64,000 bases of DNA from Macrostomum hystrix (lineage: Eukaryota > Animalia > Platyhelminthes), in contig CATNEN010000025.1 of the NCBI GenBank assembly GCA_950097015.1, forward strand, positions 3,410,001 through 3,474,000, read 5' to 3'. A model generated the notes under the pieces. That model ran no database searches and was not told where the DNA came from. It saw nothing but the letters and a program-made list of their open reading frames with translations. The stretch's first letter is position 1; every line of letters begins with the position of its first letter. This document shows positions 33,801 through 48,800 of this stretch, in pieces. A program made the position numbers and the translations under genes.

Positions 33801-36800
33801 TGCCAATTGTGTCTGCCTATAATTAGTTATTAGCGCCAATAAAAATATCTTTCATCTTTCATCTTTCAATATCATCCAATCTAATCAGTTCATAAGCGAA
33901 AATTGTACGAATATACTAAGCGCCGATAATTTAGTGCTCCCTGTCAAGTCGTGTAAAGCGTTTTGTAAGCTTTGACAAACTCTACCAGGTAATTTCCGAA
34001 TTTTTCTAAATGTTACTCCATTTTTCTTTAGTTTTTTCTTTTTCTATCTGACCAGAAAACTTCAAAAAAAGAAACAAATTGGTTTGATTCTTTAAAAAAT
34101 TAGGCTTCAGAAGCTATGCAGTGTTATTAATAATATAATGTGACAAAAACCTCAACTTTCTCGTCTACGAGTATGCAGTTAAGCGAGAAGTTTGACTACG
34201 TTTTGAATGGCAAAATTGCCTTAGCAAACAACCCAAAAGATGGTGGAGATTACCCAACCAGTAAAATGCAAACTGAAACTGAAGCAAGCTTTTGGTTCGA
34301 GGCTTCTAGTTACGAGTACATGGGCAATATTTGATTATGCTCGCAAGCTAGGCTAAGATTACATAGGAAAGAAAATAAATTCACATGTTACTTTCCAGAA
34401 TTTATCGAAAATAGTTATTGGACACTTACTACACAATGTAGTCTCTTTTTAATGCTGTGCGAAAACGGCTGCGCTTAAGCAAAAGGTTCAGTATTTCCCC
34501 GGTTAATATTAATAGTAAACTGTACATCGGTTACTCAAGTACACCCTTCCAAATATTGTTAATTCGACTTCTTCCGCCGGTTTCCACTACTGAGTTGACC
34601 TAGCCGAGAATCCTACCCGAGCCGAAAACAAAGCGGGGGTTGTAAGCTGGTAGTTAGGGGCGAGTGGGTCAGCGGCTAGCGTCGCTGCCTCGCACTCCAA
34701 AGGACGCTAGTTCGATTCTCCCTTCAAGTCACGATTAATTTCGGGACTTGTTGGTGGGTTTAGACAGTAGCGACCGGCGGAGGTGCACCATATTTCGTGC
34801 AATCTAAGCTTGAAATAATAGCTTCGCTCCTACCTTCTGTGTGCCTGTTCTGCGTTGTGTGAGTTATGTGCGTTGGCGCTGGGGCGTGAGGCCTTGCGAG
34901 GGATGGCTGGGGGCGGGTGTACACCGCCGCGCGCTTTCTGGATTGCCGTCAGCGCGATTGGATAAGTGTACACTCATCACCCGCCCCCCCCTGAGGACTG
35001 ATTTCTTATCAGATTTCCGCCCCGGCTTGGTCTGCTATGTGCGTGTGGGGCTGGGGTGGGGGGCACTGCTGCCTATTCTGGGTGCCTCCTGCCCTCCCCG
35101 GCTGGTCTGTGCTGCTGTGTGTGGTACCTGTTCAGGGGAGGCGGCGCGATGGGCGCTAAGCGCCTAGTTCGCCGGTCTGGGGGCGTGCCGCTCCGTCGCT
35201 TGTGCGACAAGTGCCCCGGGCCCCACTGCAAATAGATAGAGAAGATAGAAGCTGGTAGTTAAAGCATCGAGCTAACGACGTGAAGGTCTAGGGTTCTAGG
35301 GTTCGGCTGTGTAGTCGGCTGCACATTGTGTCGATCGGGTCAGGTGTAATTAACAATTATTATTATTTTACTAAAACTAAAAATAAGGACTTAAGTGGCA
35401 CCAGAGGATGTCAGCGCAATGAACTTGCAATGCGCAAAAAATACCAGACTCATAAGTGCGTTGTGAGATAAGATTATTTATTATAATTGTTAATTTCTAG
35501 CTCGATAAAGATCTTAAATACAAACTATTGAGATTAAAACTGCACAAAACCATTGGAAGTAGAATACGGTGAAAACACATATTGACCAGATATGGCCATA
35601 AAAACTTTTGGCAAGAAAATATCTGCTTCTGAAACAACATAGCCAAAAAGCGAGTTGGAGTAAAGAGAGTCTTCGAGCTCGTAAAAGTTTTCATTAAAAC
35701 TGATAAGTCGTTACAACGCCAGCGTGCCACGTCAAAAGCACATTTTAACGATGTATGTCAGTGGAAATATCTTGCGTTTCACATGAACGTGAAGGGTACA
35801 ATAGATACTCATGCCATTGAACTAGGTAAAAAAAGTGGATATCCAATAATGCTTCTGAGAAAGTTGGCGGGATTTCAGAGAGTAAAACACAAACTGCTCA
35901 TCCTGTTTAGCACAACTATGATTGAATGCATAGTTCTCTATGCATCAGAGGCCTGGGGAGCCTTTGTCTCCTGGAAACTGGGTACTTGGGATCGGAACCC
36001 TAATAGAGAGAATTAATTTTAGAATCTGCAAGTCGATTCTGCAAGTTAGTCCAAACACTGACAGCAATGGTGCTCGGTCCGAATTAGGAAGACTACCACT
36101 ATTATATAGTATTCAAAAAAGAAGCCTTCAATACTGGTCCTCAGTTCGGAGCCGACCAGACTCCATCATCGCGAAATTGGTGGCAGATACAGAATACAGC
36201 GATGTTGGCATTGGGGAAAAATGAATAGTGAAGTAATGCGGGATTGTCCACAGACTAGAAAAATAAAGTCCATCAAAACGCACAGGGAGAACTTTGAGTC
36301 AGAGTTCCGAAGGCACTGGACTCAGAGGATGGGAAAATCAGCCAAGCTCAGCCACTTCTATTACACGTTTAAGAAAGATTTCTCCCGAGAAAAGTACCTA
36401 ACAATAATCTCTAACCCAGAACAAAGGCGCACAATGTCCCGATATCGTCTAGGAAACCACAAACTGGCCTGTGAGACATTGCGTACTGTAAGAGCTAAAA
36501 TCGCCTATGAAAACAGAACATGTCCAAAATGTAGAGTCGAGGTAGAGAACGAAACTCATATTCTCTTTAAATGCGATTGGTCCGTTTATGTTCCAATTAG
36601 AAATAAACTCATAGAGAAAGTGGCAGGTAACTGTTCGAAATTTCGAAAGCCTAACAGCTGATGACAAAATGGTGTATTTAATGACACAGGAAAGCACAGA
36701 ATTAACAGAAAGTTTTGTGGACTTCATAGAAAGCATAATTAAAGCTAGATAAAAAGCCACTGCCCTGAGGCCCATAGTTAGAATGCGAAAACACAATAGC

Positions 36801-39800
36801 TATTCTCCTTTCGGGAGCGAAGTGATGTCAGTCTGTTTTAATGTTCTCTTTAGATTTCAAATTTTCATTTTTGTTTGAATACCTTTGTTTATTTAAAAAA
36901 ATTGTTTATTTTAAATACTTTATATTTACCTAAAATTGATCTTATGCATGCAACTGTTTTTCTATCGCCTTCTTTTTTAAAATTGAATTGTTCAGTCTCA
37001 AACATCAAATAAACATAAAATCAGCACCCAATCGGCGTGCGCACCTCAATAATAATAATAATGTCATCATAAGAAGATATACGCTTCTTCGTGCGACAAT
37101 ATTGAATTCCAACTCCAAATGCTAATTTAGTTCTAGAATCCGTTGGCGGTAAATTTTTGAATTGATCTTTGATGCACATGGAGGGAATAAAATAAAGTGG
37201 AACTCAAATTTTGTCTCGTCGCATGTTAAAAGTACTCAAACTCATGACTTATTAAAATCTTAACTCTGTCATGCAGGTTAACTACTGCAGACAAACAGAA
37301 GAAATATTTTTAAATAGTAAAAATTCTAAATTTCAACCAGATAGACAGGTTACTTTTAAACCAGAATTATGTCATGCCTAGCCGTGACCAGAAGTTGAGC
37401 TGCTCGTCTGGCATTTGAGTTATCTCAAATTACTATTCTCGCATGTGAAATTGAAGGTCCAGTCCTAGAACCACAGTAGATAAAGTTGACGCTTCATCCA
37501 AGACCTCTCTTGCTAATCCTTACTAGCCAGGATGAGAGCTAGAAAATATCTGTCTCCAATTTGATGATACTCACTCCTAGCATCACGCATGTGTCAAGCA
37601 TGATTTTCTCACAACTCATAATTCTTCATGAAGGCTAGTGACGCTCATCAGATGTCAAAGTCGGGCTCACTTGTCTACGATTTTGAAAGAGGATTTAGAG
37701 ACAAGTTCAGATCTGGAGAGATACTCATCACGAAAATAATGTGATGGCGACCGACCACCAAATTTTTTTTCGCAAGAATTGATTCATTATTTAAATTAAT
37801 TTTCCCCATTCCTCTGTTCCTTCTCGCTTTCGTTTTAATCCCTTTCAATTCGTAGTACAGTAATTTTTCGAATATACAAAATTATACGTGACTGTCCAAT
37901 TAGCAAGGAACACAAAATCCAAACTAACAATTTAGCTTAGAGAACAACAGAAAGTTCTCATTTGGCTACACTAGTCACATGGATCATATGCTCCGATAAA
38001 TTTGCTGCAAATTTGCTGATCAAAATGCCGCACACATTTTCCTATCTATCAAAGAAGAAAATTAGCAGCTGCTAATTCAAGCATCAAATGCGTAATAATA
38101 GTACTCCTGTGTCCTACATTATCGTATGTATTTGCATTAACTAAGGGAACGCATGCTTTATCTAGCAGAGAAACCTCAGTAACACGACAGACACAAAGGA
38201 GAGGCAAAAACAGGGAAGTCTAGGCAACAGTCACTTGTGGAAAGAGTTGACATGGGAGCCAAAGCCTTGTTGATGCCCATAGTAAGGAGGGGCGTTAACA
38301 ACACGTCACAAAAGACGCTGGTCGGTTTATTGGAGAATTTCGAGGCAGAGTATTATTGAGTATTTCAATGTCAACCAAGTGGACTGGAAACAGTCAGGTT
38401 TATTTACCAGTGTATAAGGTGATGCCCGCACTAGTCATCTACTTGAGCATTGTGCAAAGCATTTGCGGTTGCTCTATGCTATGGACTACAGTAAAGAATA
38501 ATGAACTTTAGACTCCCGTTCTTTAATTGCGCTTCATCTTTTAAGACTAAGACTTTTAACTATTTTTAATAAAGACTATTACAAAACCGTCAATGCAAAT
38601 CAATCAATCATATCATAACTTGTACAGCTTGCGAATAAAATAATGATGATAATTAATCTACAGCCAACTCACACGTTCCTAGTTGTCCTGTTTCTTATTT
38701 TTCTACTTATTGTCCATGGACCAATTTTTATACTATTTTTAAGTTAATAATGCAGAACAAAGGTTGAAGCATTGGGACAAAAAACTTTTATTTTGTCAAT
38801 TTATTCGCTAAATCTAGCCTCATGGCCATAATTAACAGTTGGATGAATATGTAGTTAATCGCAGCATCAGCAGCAGCAGCAATAGACAAACAGTGTCACA
38901 GATTGCATGGGCGCGCTGAGTAAAATGGTTAGCTGGTCTGCCAATAATGAAAGTCGCTGAGTGTTTTGCCTGTCAATTCCGTTACCCCCGAGCTGTAGTG
39001 CAGAAATCCAGCACGGCGAACCTCATATTTCTGATGTATAAGTACAAACCGAAGCTGGTGTTGAGTTTTTCATCTCTTTTCTTTACCTCTAGCCAAATAG
39101 GCAAGCTTTGGGTGTGGCACGCGGTCTAAACAGGATTAATCTGACTGCACTTCTAGGACGATCAAGATCACTTATTGCTGCTGCGTAGTGCAACTGTTTC
39201 AAATTGTTTCAACTTTTTTCAGCACCCGAACAAAGCAACTCAAGCACACGAAACTCAAGAACACGGGCCAACTTTTTGCGCATCTTCTGAAACAATAATC
39301 AAGTCGCCAGCTCTTCAGACCATTGAGATATTCAATGCTTCTGGCTGAAGGTCAGATTTTCCCATAAAAATAAGCGCTAGTGTATTTCATGCATCCCTAA
39401 ACACGAATTAGCACTGCGTCTCAGTGCGGTTTTGCCAGGCCTTCAAAATTTATCTACATGTCACCCGAATGTACCTGCATTATCTCCAACTTCGGTGGTC
39501 ACCTACCTTTATCTAGACGGACTGCTGGACCTTCAAGGGCTACAACAGGTGGAACAAGGTCACTATGCACACCCTCACGCTAATTTCTCTAATTTCACTG
39601 ATCAAGCCTAAATATTAGGCGCAGCTCAACCACAGGACACCCTCGCCAAGTCTGTCGACTCGTCGGTTCGTCATTTTCAGTTAGTTTTCGTCAGTTCACG
39701 ATTGTCAGTTCGTGATTGGCAGTGCACATTTGCTCGAAGGTAGAGCTCAGCGCATCGCATTAGCCTGCGCTCAAGCTCTAAGGTGCAGAACCACAACAAT

Positions 39801-42800
39801 TCACAAGGCATAAATAAAATATATCCAAGATATAAAATAACGTGAATATTGCTTTTTCGAATAGAAAATGACAGAGAAGTTAGTTAGCAGACAATAGAAA
39901 GTATCTATGCTTTGAATACAAAACAGCGAACGTTAATCAACGGAACTCACCAGCTGAGCCAGTACCACAATCAGTGCCACCTGACGCATCAAGGTACTCT
40001 TGCCGCCCATATTTGGTCCGGTGACCAGAACAAATGGCGCACTACTAGGATCGTCTGGTGTAGCTCGGCCCAGCGCCGTGTCGTTGGGTATGTAGGCGCC
40101 GGCACTGAAGGTGCGCGTCACAAACGGATGCCGGCCCTGACGAATAGTCAGGAATGGCTGCGGGCGACGGCGGGTTTTCAAAGATTTTTAAACAATAATT
40201 TATTAACTGTAAAAAGAACACGCTATTGCCCGCTGGGGACAGACCACTGGCTATTTTAAATACCCACTGCTTCTGTCACAATAGTTCCCAAACCGAATGA
40301 TCGATTTTCGAAAGTCCACGATCTGAATCAACATTTTCTGTCCTTTACTACTTGAAGTACATTCAACAATAGTACGAGTAGCCGATATGAATGCGTGATC
40401 AATTTTTGTAAGCAGAAAATTTTTGCCTATCTTTGTGGTTTTTGCCACCAGACAACCCAACGTTTTGTGATTCTGGAAGTTTTGTCTCATCCGATAGAGA
40501 GGAAAATTAGTAAGTAATATAGCCGCACCTCAGTGTCAGCCTTCAACGGTAGAATAGTCGGCCTGCACATGTCACCACCGTCGCAGGTGCGACTAAACTC
40601 GGCTAGAGATAGTAGCACATCCAGAACGGCCAGGCACTGCACACCGGCCATCCATTTGTCGTAGCTTTGGAAAAGAAAAAACAGAAGGCGGCAGCATTGA
40701 CTATTTGGAAAACACAGCTACACACAAACGCAAGATGATTAGGAATAACACTAGCCCTCACTGGCTATCAAATCGGTGAAACAGGCTGCACATGACATTC
40801 TTCAGTGCGGCTGCCTTCTGTTCCTCCAGCGCCTGAATGTTGGCCAACAGCTGGTCAGTCTCCGGGCAGCGGAATCGTTTAAAGCCTTTGCGCGAGCCGG
40901 ACACGGTCCAGTTGGACGGCACGCGAGAGGCGCGCGACTCAACCAGCTCCACCTGGGCATTGGGAATTAGTACCTAGCATTACACCAGTCTATATACACA
41001 TGAACAACTCGGACTACAGTACCTAGCATTACACCAGTCTCCATATCCACTAATGCGGAGCTTACAATAGCTTACAATTACAATAGTCTAGAGACTTTCA
41101 TTTGTCTTTCTCCCAACAACAACTGAGTTAACAGTCGCTAGCCTGATCCCAGTTATAACGCCAATTTAACAATGCTAAAACTTCTTAAACAAACGAATAT
41201 AACTGGGAAGTCACCTGGTAGCGAGTTCGGCCGCTGCCAACAAAAGCCAGCTTGCAGCCGAGCCGGTTGCCTTGCTTGGTTAGAAAGGCCTTAGCCCGCT
41301 GCTCGCAGTCTGTCAGGCCAGACACGGCTTCGTCGTATTCTCCCAGCACGCCGCGCTCCGGTATAATGACGCCTTCTTTGCGCGCGCGCTCGTTGTCAAA
41401 CGAACCGCGCAGAGAGCGCACAGTTGGCAGCAGGCTGGGAAAACGGCCCCCGCATTCGGTTGGCCGGATCACCTGGATGAGTAGCTCTGATCTGTCAGGA
41501 TAGCAAAGGAGGAATAGTGTGCCTAGATCGTGTTAATTTGAGTTGAGCTACCAACTGAATTTCTCTTACCAAACACTAAATGTACTACTTTAACAGTAGA
41601 ACTACCAAGAAAATTCACCCCCGACAATTTTTTTCTGCACCCGAACGGAGCAACGCAAGCACACGAAACTCAAGAACACGGGCCAACTTTTTGTGCATCT
41701 TCTGAAACAATAATCAAGTCGCCAGCTCTTCAGACCGTCGCGATATTCAGCGGTTCTGGCCAAAAGTATGATTTTACCCATAAGCCCCGCCAGTGCATTT
41801 CATACACCTCTATAGACGAATTTGCACTGCGCCTCAGTGCAGCCTTGCCAGGCCTTCAAAATTTATCTACATTTCACCCGAATGTGCCTGCATGATCTCC
41901 AAATTCGGTGGTCACCAACCTTTATCTAGACGGACTGCTGAACCTTTAAGGGCTACAACAGGTGGAAATAGGCCACTATGGATACCCTGACGCGAATATC
42001 TCTAATTTCAGTGCAGCTCAACCACAGGACACCCTCGCCAAGTCTGTCAACCAATCAGTCACCACCCAAATCTTTTGGCATTCAGGCGCTGCCAAAAAAT
42101 CCCCCCCTGTTATAAAAACGGGCGGCAAAATGGCTTGGTAGTCCAACTGTTAAGTAGGCAGCATTGCGAAAAAGAATAAGTGCGACAAAGGGCGAATGTC
42201 AATTTAAAAGAGAGACATGCGAGAGAGGGGAGGAGGTAAGTGGCAAACGTGTTTGCCTTTCTAAGACACAGTGAGACTGCCTGACAATGAGAAAGTCGGG
42301 GCAGACATACACACCTGTGAGTGTTTTCACAGGAGTCAGCGAAATGAGCAGAATTGCCTCCTTGGAAACGCTCTTAGCAGAAAAAGAATGTGAACAAGAA
42401 TCCACAAAAAGCAGGGAACAAGGGCGCACTTGAACAACTTCCGCTCGTCTAGTCCGGCCATGAGGCGGCAGGCAGCTTCGAAGCCGGCCAGCAGGCACAG
42501 GAAGTCTTCAATCTTTCTTTTATTATACTGGACCGCTTCAAACAGCACGGCCCGCTGGTCTGGGTGATCGGCGCCGCTGGGACGGCAGCCGAACACGTGC
42601 ATCTTGGCGGCCAGCTTCTCTAGATCTGGCAGCTTCTTCAGTCCGGCGAATAGTTCCTGGCACACCTGACGATCGGTTGAAATCAATTCGGCCACGGCGT
42701 CCTGACGACGCTCGATGGCCTCAGGATGGCAGAGCGGAGCGCAGAGCCACTGCTGAAGCAGTCGCTTGCCGAACGCGGTGCCGCAGCGATCTAGACGGCC

Positions 42801-45800
42801 GAACAGTGTGGCTTCAGTGGAGCCGCTGACGCCGCGCTGTTGTTCAGCGAAGACGTCCAGATTTGCCAGCGCAATGCCATCTAGCACAGCGTGGGTCTGG
42901 CTGGTGTAGAACGGCGCCGCCTCTGTCTCCAATCCATCGACGTCAATGGCTGAGGCGGCGGTAGCGTCAGCGGCGCTGCAGTCGGCTGGCCGATAGATTG
43001 AAAAGTTTTTCATCGACAGCACGTCGTGGTCGATCAAACAGCGGCTCAAATAGTGCACCAGGGCGCCCAGGGCGCTCACTCCGAGCTCCCAGCGTCTGGC
43101 CGCGGTTCGGCCTAGACTGTCCGAATCGCATAGCAACGGTTGCATGCCCTCTGGCCACACAAATTTGCCATCGTCGCCAATGAAATAGGCGGCCTCGGCC
43201 AAATGGGCCAGGCAGCGGCCGCTGTCCCAGAACTCGCGCCCAGGTGTGAGAGCCTCTTTAGGTACGGCTCTGAGGCAGCCGTTCAGAATGGCCAGAGTAG
43301 CCGGACGTAGGCGGCCGCGCTCGTGCAGAAGCTGGGCTGGCGGGTGATGGGCAATCAGGGTGCGCAGGCGGGAGCAGTGGCAATCGTCTGAGAACTGACC
43401 CACCTGAATGGGAGGGAAATCAATTTTGCGATGCAGTGACGGTTAGCTGTCTGCCTGGTAAGATCGAATCTGAGGAGGAGGAAGACTGGGTCAGGCAGAG
43501 AGCCGGAACTGACAAGATCTAATCTGAGGAGGAAGGAGAATTACTGGTCAGGCAGAGAGCCGGAACTGACAAGATCTAATCTGAGGAGGAAGGAGAATTA
43601 CTGGTCAGGCAGAGAGCCGGAACTGACAAGATCTAATCTGAGGAGGAAGAAGACTTGGTCAGGCAGAGAGCCGGAACTGACAAGATCGAATCTGAGGAGG
43701 AGGAAGACTTGGTCAGGCAGAGAGCCGGAACTGACAAGATCTAATCTGAGGAGGAAGAAGACTTGGTCAGGCAGAGAGCCGGAACTGACAAGATCTAATC
43801 TGAGGAAGAAGACTTGGTCAGGCAGAGAGGCGGAACTGACAAGATCTAATCTGAGGAGGAAGGAGAATTACTGAAAATTCAACAGTAATCCATGAGTCTC
43901 AAAAGTCTTGTCGGTGAGGAAACAAATCTATAAAACAAGTCGCGGCAGAAAGCAGTTTTTATTGTCCAGTGACTTACCCAAACCTGGCCAATAGTGGTAT
44001 CAACAAATGCGACACCAAACTGCAGCGTAATCTGCCGCTGCTGCTCCGCGTCCGAGTCGTTACCGGCGCCCGGCGTCAGTACGGCTTCTTTCACCGCTAG
44101 CAGGTACTGCGCCTTGGTTACTAGTGCGTCACCATCCCAGTGCGAGGCTAGGCGAGTGCCAGGTGTAGTGACGCGACAGATTTCACGGCGCATTACCTGA
44201 CGAACAACAATACGCATGAGTTGGACAGTTGAGCATTGATTAACATAATTTAGAGCTTTGTTAAATGAAAACTCCAGTCGGTTGACTGCTCTACCAGTTC
44301 CAAGCTCCTAAATCTGTCACAAGGATTCCATCATTACAAGTCTAAAATCCTCTGGTCAGGAATCGCAAAGTGCACCAGTAGATATACTAAATCCTTCAAG
44401 TCAGTAACTCTATATCCTTCAGCCTGTAATCCCAAATCCTTCAGCCTGTAATCCCAAATCCTTCAGCCTGTATCCAAAATCCTTCAGCCTGTAATCCCAA
44501 ATCCATCAGCCTGTAATCCCAAATCCTTCAGCCTGTAATAACAAATCCTTCAGCCTGTAATCCCAAATCCTTCAGCCTGTAATCCCAAATCCTTCAGCCT
44601 GTATCCAAAATCCTTCAGCCTGTTATCCCAAATCCTTCAGCCTGTAATCCCAAATCCTTCAGCCTGTATCCAAAATCCTTCAGCCTGTATCCAAAATCCT
44701 TCAGCCTGTAATCCCAAATCCTTCAGCCTGTATCCCAAATCCTTCAGCCTGTAATCCCAAATCCGTCAGCCTGTATCCCAAATCCTTCAGCCTGTATCCA
44801 AAATCCTTCAGCCTGTAATCCCAAATCCTTCAGCCTGTAATCCCAAATCCGTCAGCCTGTATCCCAAATCCTTCAGCCTGTAATCCCAAATCCTTCAGCC
44901 TGTATCCAAAATCCTTCAGCCTGTAATCCCAAATCCTTCAGCCTGTAATCCCAAATCCTTCAGCCTGTAATCCCAAATCCTTCAGCCTGTATCCAAAATC
45001 CTTCAGCCTGTAATCCCAAATCCTTCAGCCTGTATCCAAAATCCTTCAGCCTGTAATCCCAAATCCTTCAGCCTGTAATCCCAAATCATTCAGCCTGTAT
45101 CCAAAATCCTTCAGCCTGTAATCCCAAATCCTTCAGCCTGTAATCCCAAATCCTTCAGCCTGTAATCCCAACTACTTCAGTCTGTAATCCCAAATCCTTC
45201 AGATGGTAAAAACTTATTTTTTTCAGTAGATAATACACTATTGGTATCCTCCTATCCTCCTATCGGTATTTTGTATGTACTCAACAAATAAATCCTAAAT
45301 TCTTTTATCAAGGTCTATTCTCTAATTCTTAAATAATTCATTCTGAACCCCCAAATCCCCCAGTCTATAGTCGCTCCTAATTCTAATCCCCGCATCTGTC
45401 ACATGTGAGGTAGAAATCCACACAGTTCTACATGTATTTAACAATCAACAATCGTGATTGCACCTTTTCCTTCACTGGCCGGCCGCGAGTTCTCTCCTGC
45501 ATCTGGTCAGGCGTCTCAGTCTGCTCCACCCGGGCCACCTTGTAACCTTTCTGCACAAGAGAGTCGGCCATTCGGCCAAATGACACCTCCGGGAAGCCGG
45601 AGTGGGCGAAGGCGCCGCGCATGTAGGACAGGTTGAGCTCTTGAACGCCAATCACGGCGTCCATGTGGTAGAGCTCGTAGAATTTGCCTACTTTGAAGAA
45701 TAGCACAGTGTCGAAGTGGCGCGACTTTAACTCCCACCACTGACGGATAGCCGGCGTCACCTGTGGTTGAGGTGTGGATAGGTGAGGATAGATGAGGATA

Positions 45801-48800
45801 GGTGTGGATAAGTGAGGATAGGTGAGGATAGGTGAGGATAGGTGTGGATAGGTGAGGATAGATGAGGATAGGTGTGGATAAGTGAGGATAGGTGAGGATA
45901 GGTGAGGATAAGTGAGGATAGGTGAGGATAGGTGAGGATAGGTGTGGATAGGTGAGGATACGTGAGGATAGGTGAGGATAAGTGAGGATAGGTGAGGATA
46001 GGTGAGGATAGGTGAGGATAGGTGAGGATAGGTGAGGATAGGTGAGGATAGGTGAGGATAGGTGAGGATAGGTGAGGATAGGTGAGGATAGGTGAGGATA
46101 GGTGAGGATAGGTGAGGATAGGTGATGATAGGTGTGGATAGGTGAGGCGTGAAAAGTACTGATGTACCTTCAAAATGTATTTTTAATTTACTAATTTTAT
46201 ATTAAGATTCTTTTGCATTTTTTATGATGTTGCATTATCATACAACTAGGCGGTGGTAGGGTTGTAGACTCGCGATTTGAAGGTCGGGGGTTCGATTCTT
46301 CATGTCTTTTAGTCGAAGACAAGACGAGCTTCTGTTGACCCAGCTGCTAAATCAACTGGTGCATCAACTGGGATAATTGAGGGTGGGTGTGGCTTCCCCC
46401 CAGTCCATGGACTGAACTGTCGTACGCAGCCTTCAGATGCGCCGCGCAATAGCTGCGGCTGTGGAAGTTTTATTATCCGAGAATTTTCATGTGTCACGGT
46501 AAGAAAGCAAGTGCAGACAATCAAATTATTTTAGAAAAAGCTCACCTGGGCCATGTATTTGTCCGGCACCAGTAAAGTGCGACCGTCATAGTCTGGATGA
46601 TCCGGTCGCCGGCCGGCCAAGTCCTTCGTAAATTAAAAGAAATGTTTACTATCTATTGTTTGTAATACTGCTTTTTACGTTTAAGATTCGTTTAAGATAA
46701 GAAGCGTGGGACTCAGGACTTAAAGGTTGGAGATTCGATTCCCGACTCCACTGAAACAATTTGTGTCCTTTAGCGAGACACGTAACTCTGCATTAGCTTC
46801 AGTTCACCCAGCTGTTAAATAGGCACTAGCATTAGCTGGAGGAATTGAGGGAGGGTGTGGCGTCCCTCCTTTCCCAGTCCATGGACTAAACAGCCGTACG
46901 CAGCCTTCATATGCGCAGGGCGACTGTGCTGTCGGCTGCATATCGGCTGCACAAGCAGGGCAGGTGTAATCAATTACTACGAGTATTATTTTTGTGGATT
47001 CAAAATTATGATCTTTGTAGGGTGTTTTCCGGGAAAAAAACTTATCGACAAGATCCGCAAATCACCTTGATCCGATCCGGTTTGAGCCAGTCCAGTTTCA
47101 GGTGCTCCCAGATCTGCTGCTCGCCTGCACCAGTCTGGTCTTCGTCGAATCCAGCGCCGCCATTGATCGACTGATCAGCCGCGGATACGGTGGACAAGTT
47201 GGCCTCGCCGTCTGTCGAAGTCGACGCCGGGCTGAACGCCGCCAGTCGGCTCAAACTGCTGGCCGCCGCTGCTGAGCACTTTCGCGCCGGCGTACCAGAC
47301 GCTGTCGACGACGGAGTCCCGATTGTGGCATTCGCAGTCTTGGCCTTCGTAGCAGCTGATTTTCGAGGCCTGGACGGCGGACTAACATTCTCCAGATCGC
47401 TGGCAGCCGATGAATCTTCTTCTTCGCTTGAAGCGTCCTCCTCCTCCTCCTCGTCTTCCTCTTCCCCAGATGAGGAAGAATCTCCCTTTCCAAGTGAGTA
47501 ATCTGCAAGGAAAATTTAGATTAGAATCGAAAGCTACACAAAGATGTGGTTTCTTGATTTTTTTCATTCGCCTAACTCCAGTACTAAGAATCAACGCGAA
47601 CCCGAATCCATGTCCGAGGCGGCTTTCGGATCGGCTTCGTCGTCGTCGGACTCGATGACGGCAACTCGGCGTTTCTTGCGCGGCGGCAGCTTAGAAGCTG
47701 GCGCTGAGACTGCATCCTGCCAATTAATCGAGGACAATAAAAATCGTGTTTTATGTAAAAAATGTTTTCGAATGCCACTTTTCCTGGAAAAGTAAATCGC
47801 AAATTTTTCGTATTGTATTTCGCGAGTTTTTTATTTTGTATTAGTGTATTGCAGGGGTCTGCAAACTCCGGCCAGTAAGCCAGATGCGGCCCTCGAAGCT
47901 CCCAAATCCGGCCCCTTGCCCCTTCCACAGTATCATTTTTAATCTCTCCAGTTGTCTCATCTCTCCTCTGTCTCATCTCTCCCCTGTCTCATCTCTCCAG
48001 TGTCTTATCTCTCCCCTGTCTCGTCTCTCCCCTGTCTCATCTCTCCCATGTCTCATCTCTCCAGTGTCTCATCTCTCCAGTGTCTTATCTCTCCCCTGTC
48101 TCGTCTCTCCCCTGTCTCATCTCTACCCTGTCTCATCTCTCCAGTGTCTCATCTCTCCAGTGTCTCATCTCTCCCGTGTCTCGTCTCTCCCCTGTCTCGT
48201 CTCTCCCCTGTCTCATCTCTCCAGTGTCTCATCTCTCCCGTGTCTCATCTCTCCCGTGTCTCGTCTCTCCAGTGTCTCATCTCTCCAGTGTCTCATCTCT
48301 CCAGTGTCTCATCTCTCCCGTGTCTTATCTCTCCCGTGTCTCATCTCTCCAGTGTCTCATCTCTCCAGTGTCTTATCTCTCCCGTGTCTCATCTCTCGTG
48401 TGTCTCATTTCTTCTGCGTCTCTCTCCCCGTTATCTCTTTTGTCTCATCTCTCCCCAATCTCATATTTCTACAGTCAATGCGGTCCGCTGTCGTCTTTAC
48501 GCTTCTGTCTTAGGCCTGCTAGCTAGCAAGTTTGCCGACCACTGGTGTGGTCGTGTATTGCATTATATTTTAAATATGTTCTATAGATCTGGAGTGCTGC
48601 GTCCTTGTACTTGCTACTAATAGTAGGTTTTTTAAATCATTATTATTTTTATTATCAGATTGCTCACGCAATGTCAGTTGCTGAAATTTGATAATTTTTC
48701 CCCCCAAAATAGTATTTTAAAGGCAAGAAATTGTGCTAAAATCGAAAACATATATTCTACAGGTGAGCAACGATAAATTAAGATCACAGTTATTTTTTGT

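Noticed and set aside
34655-35310. Functional tRNA genes
   Set aside because: A/B-box-like motifs are present, but I could not fold a complete cloverleaf; more likely SINE heads.
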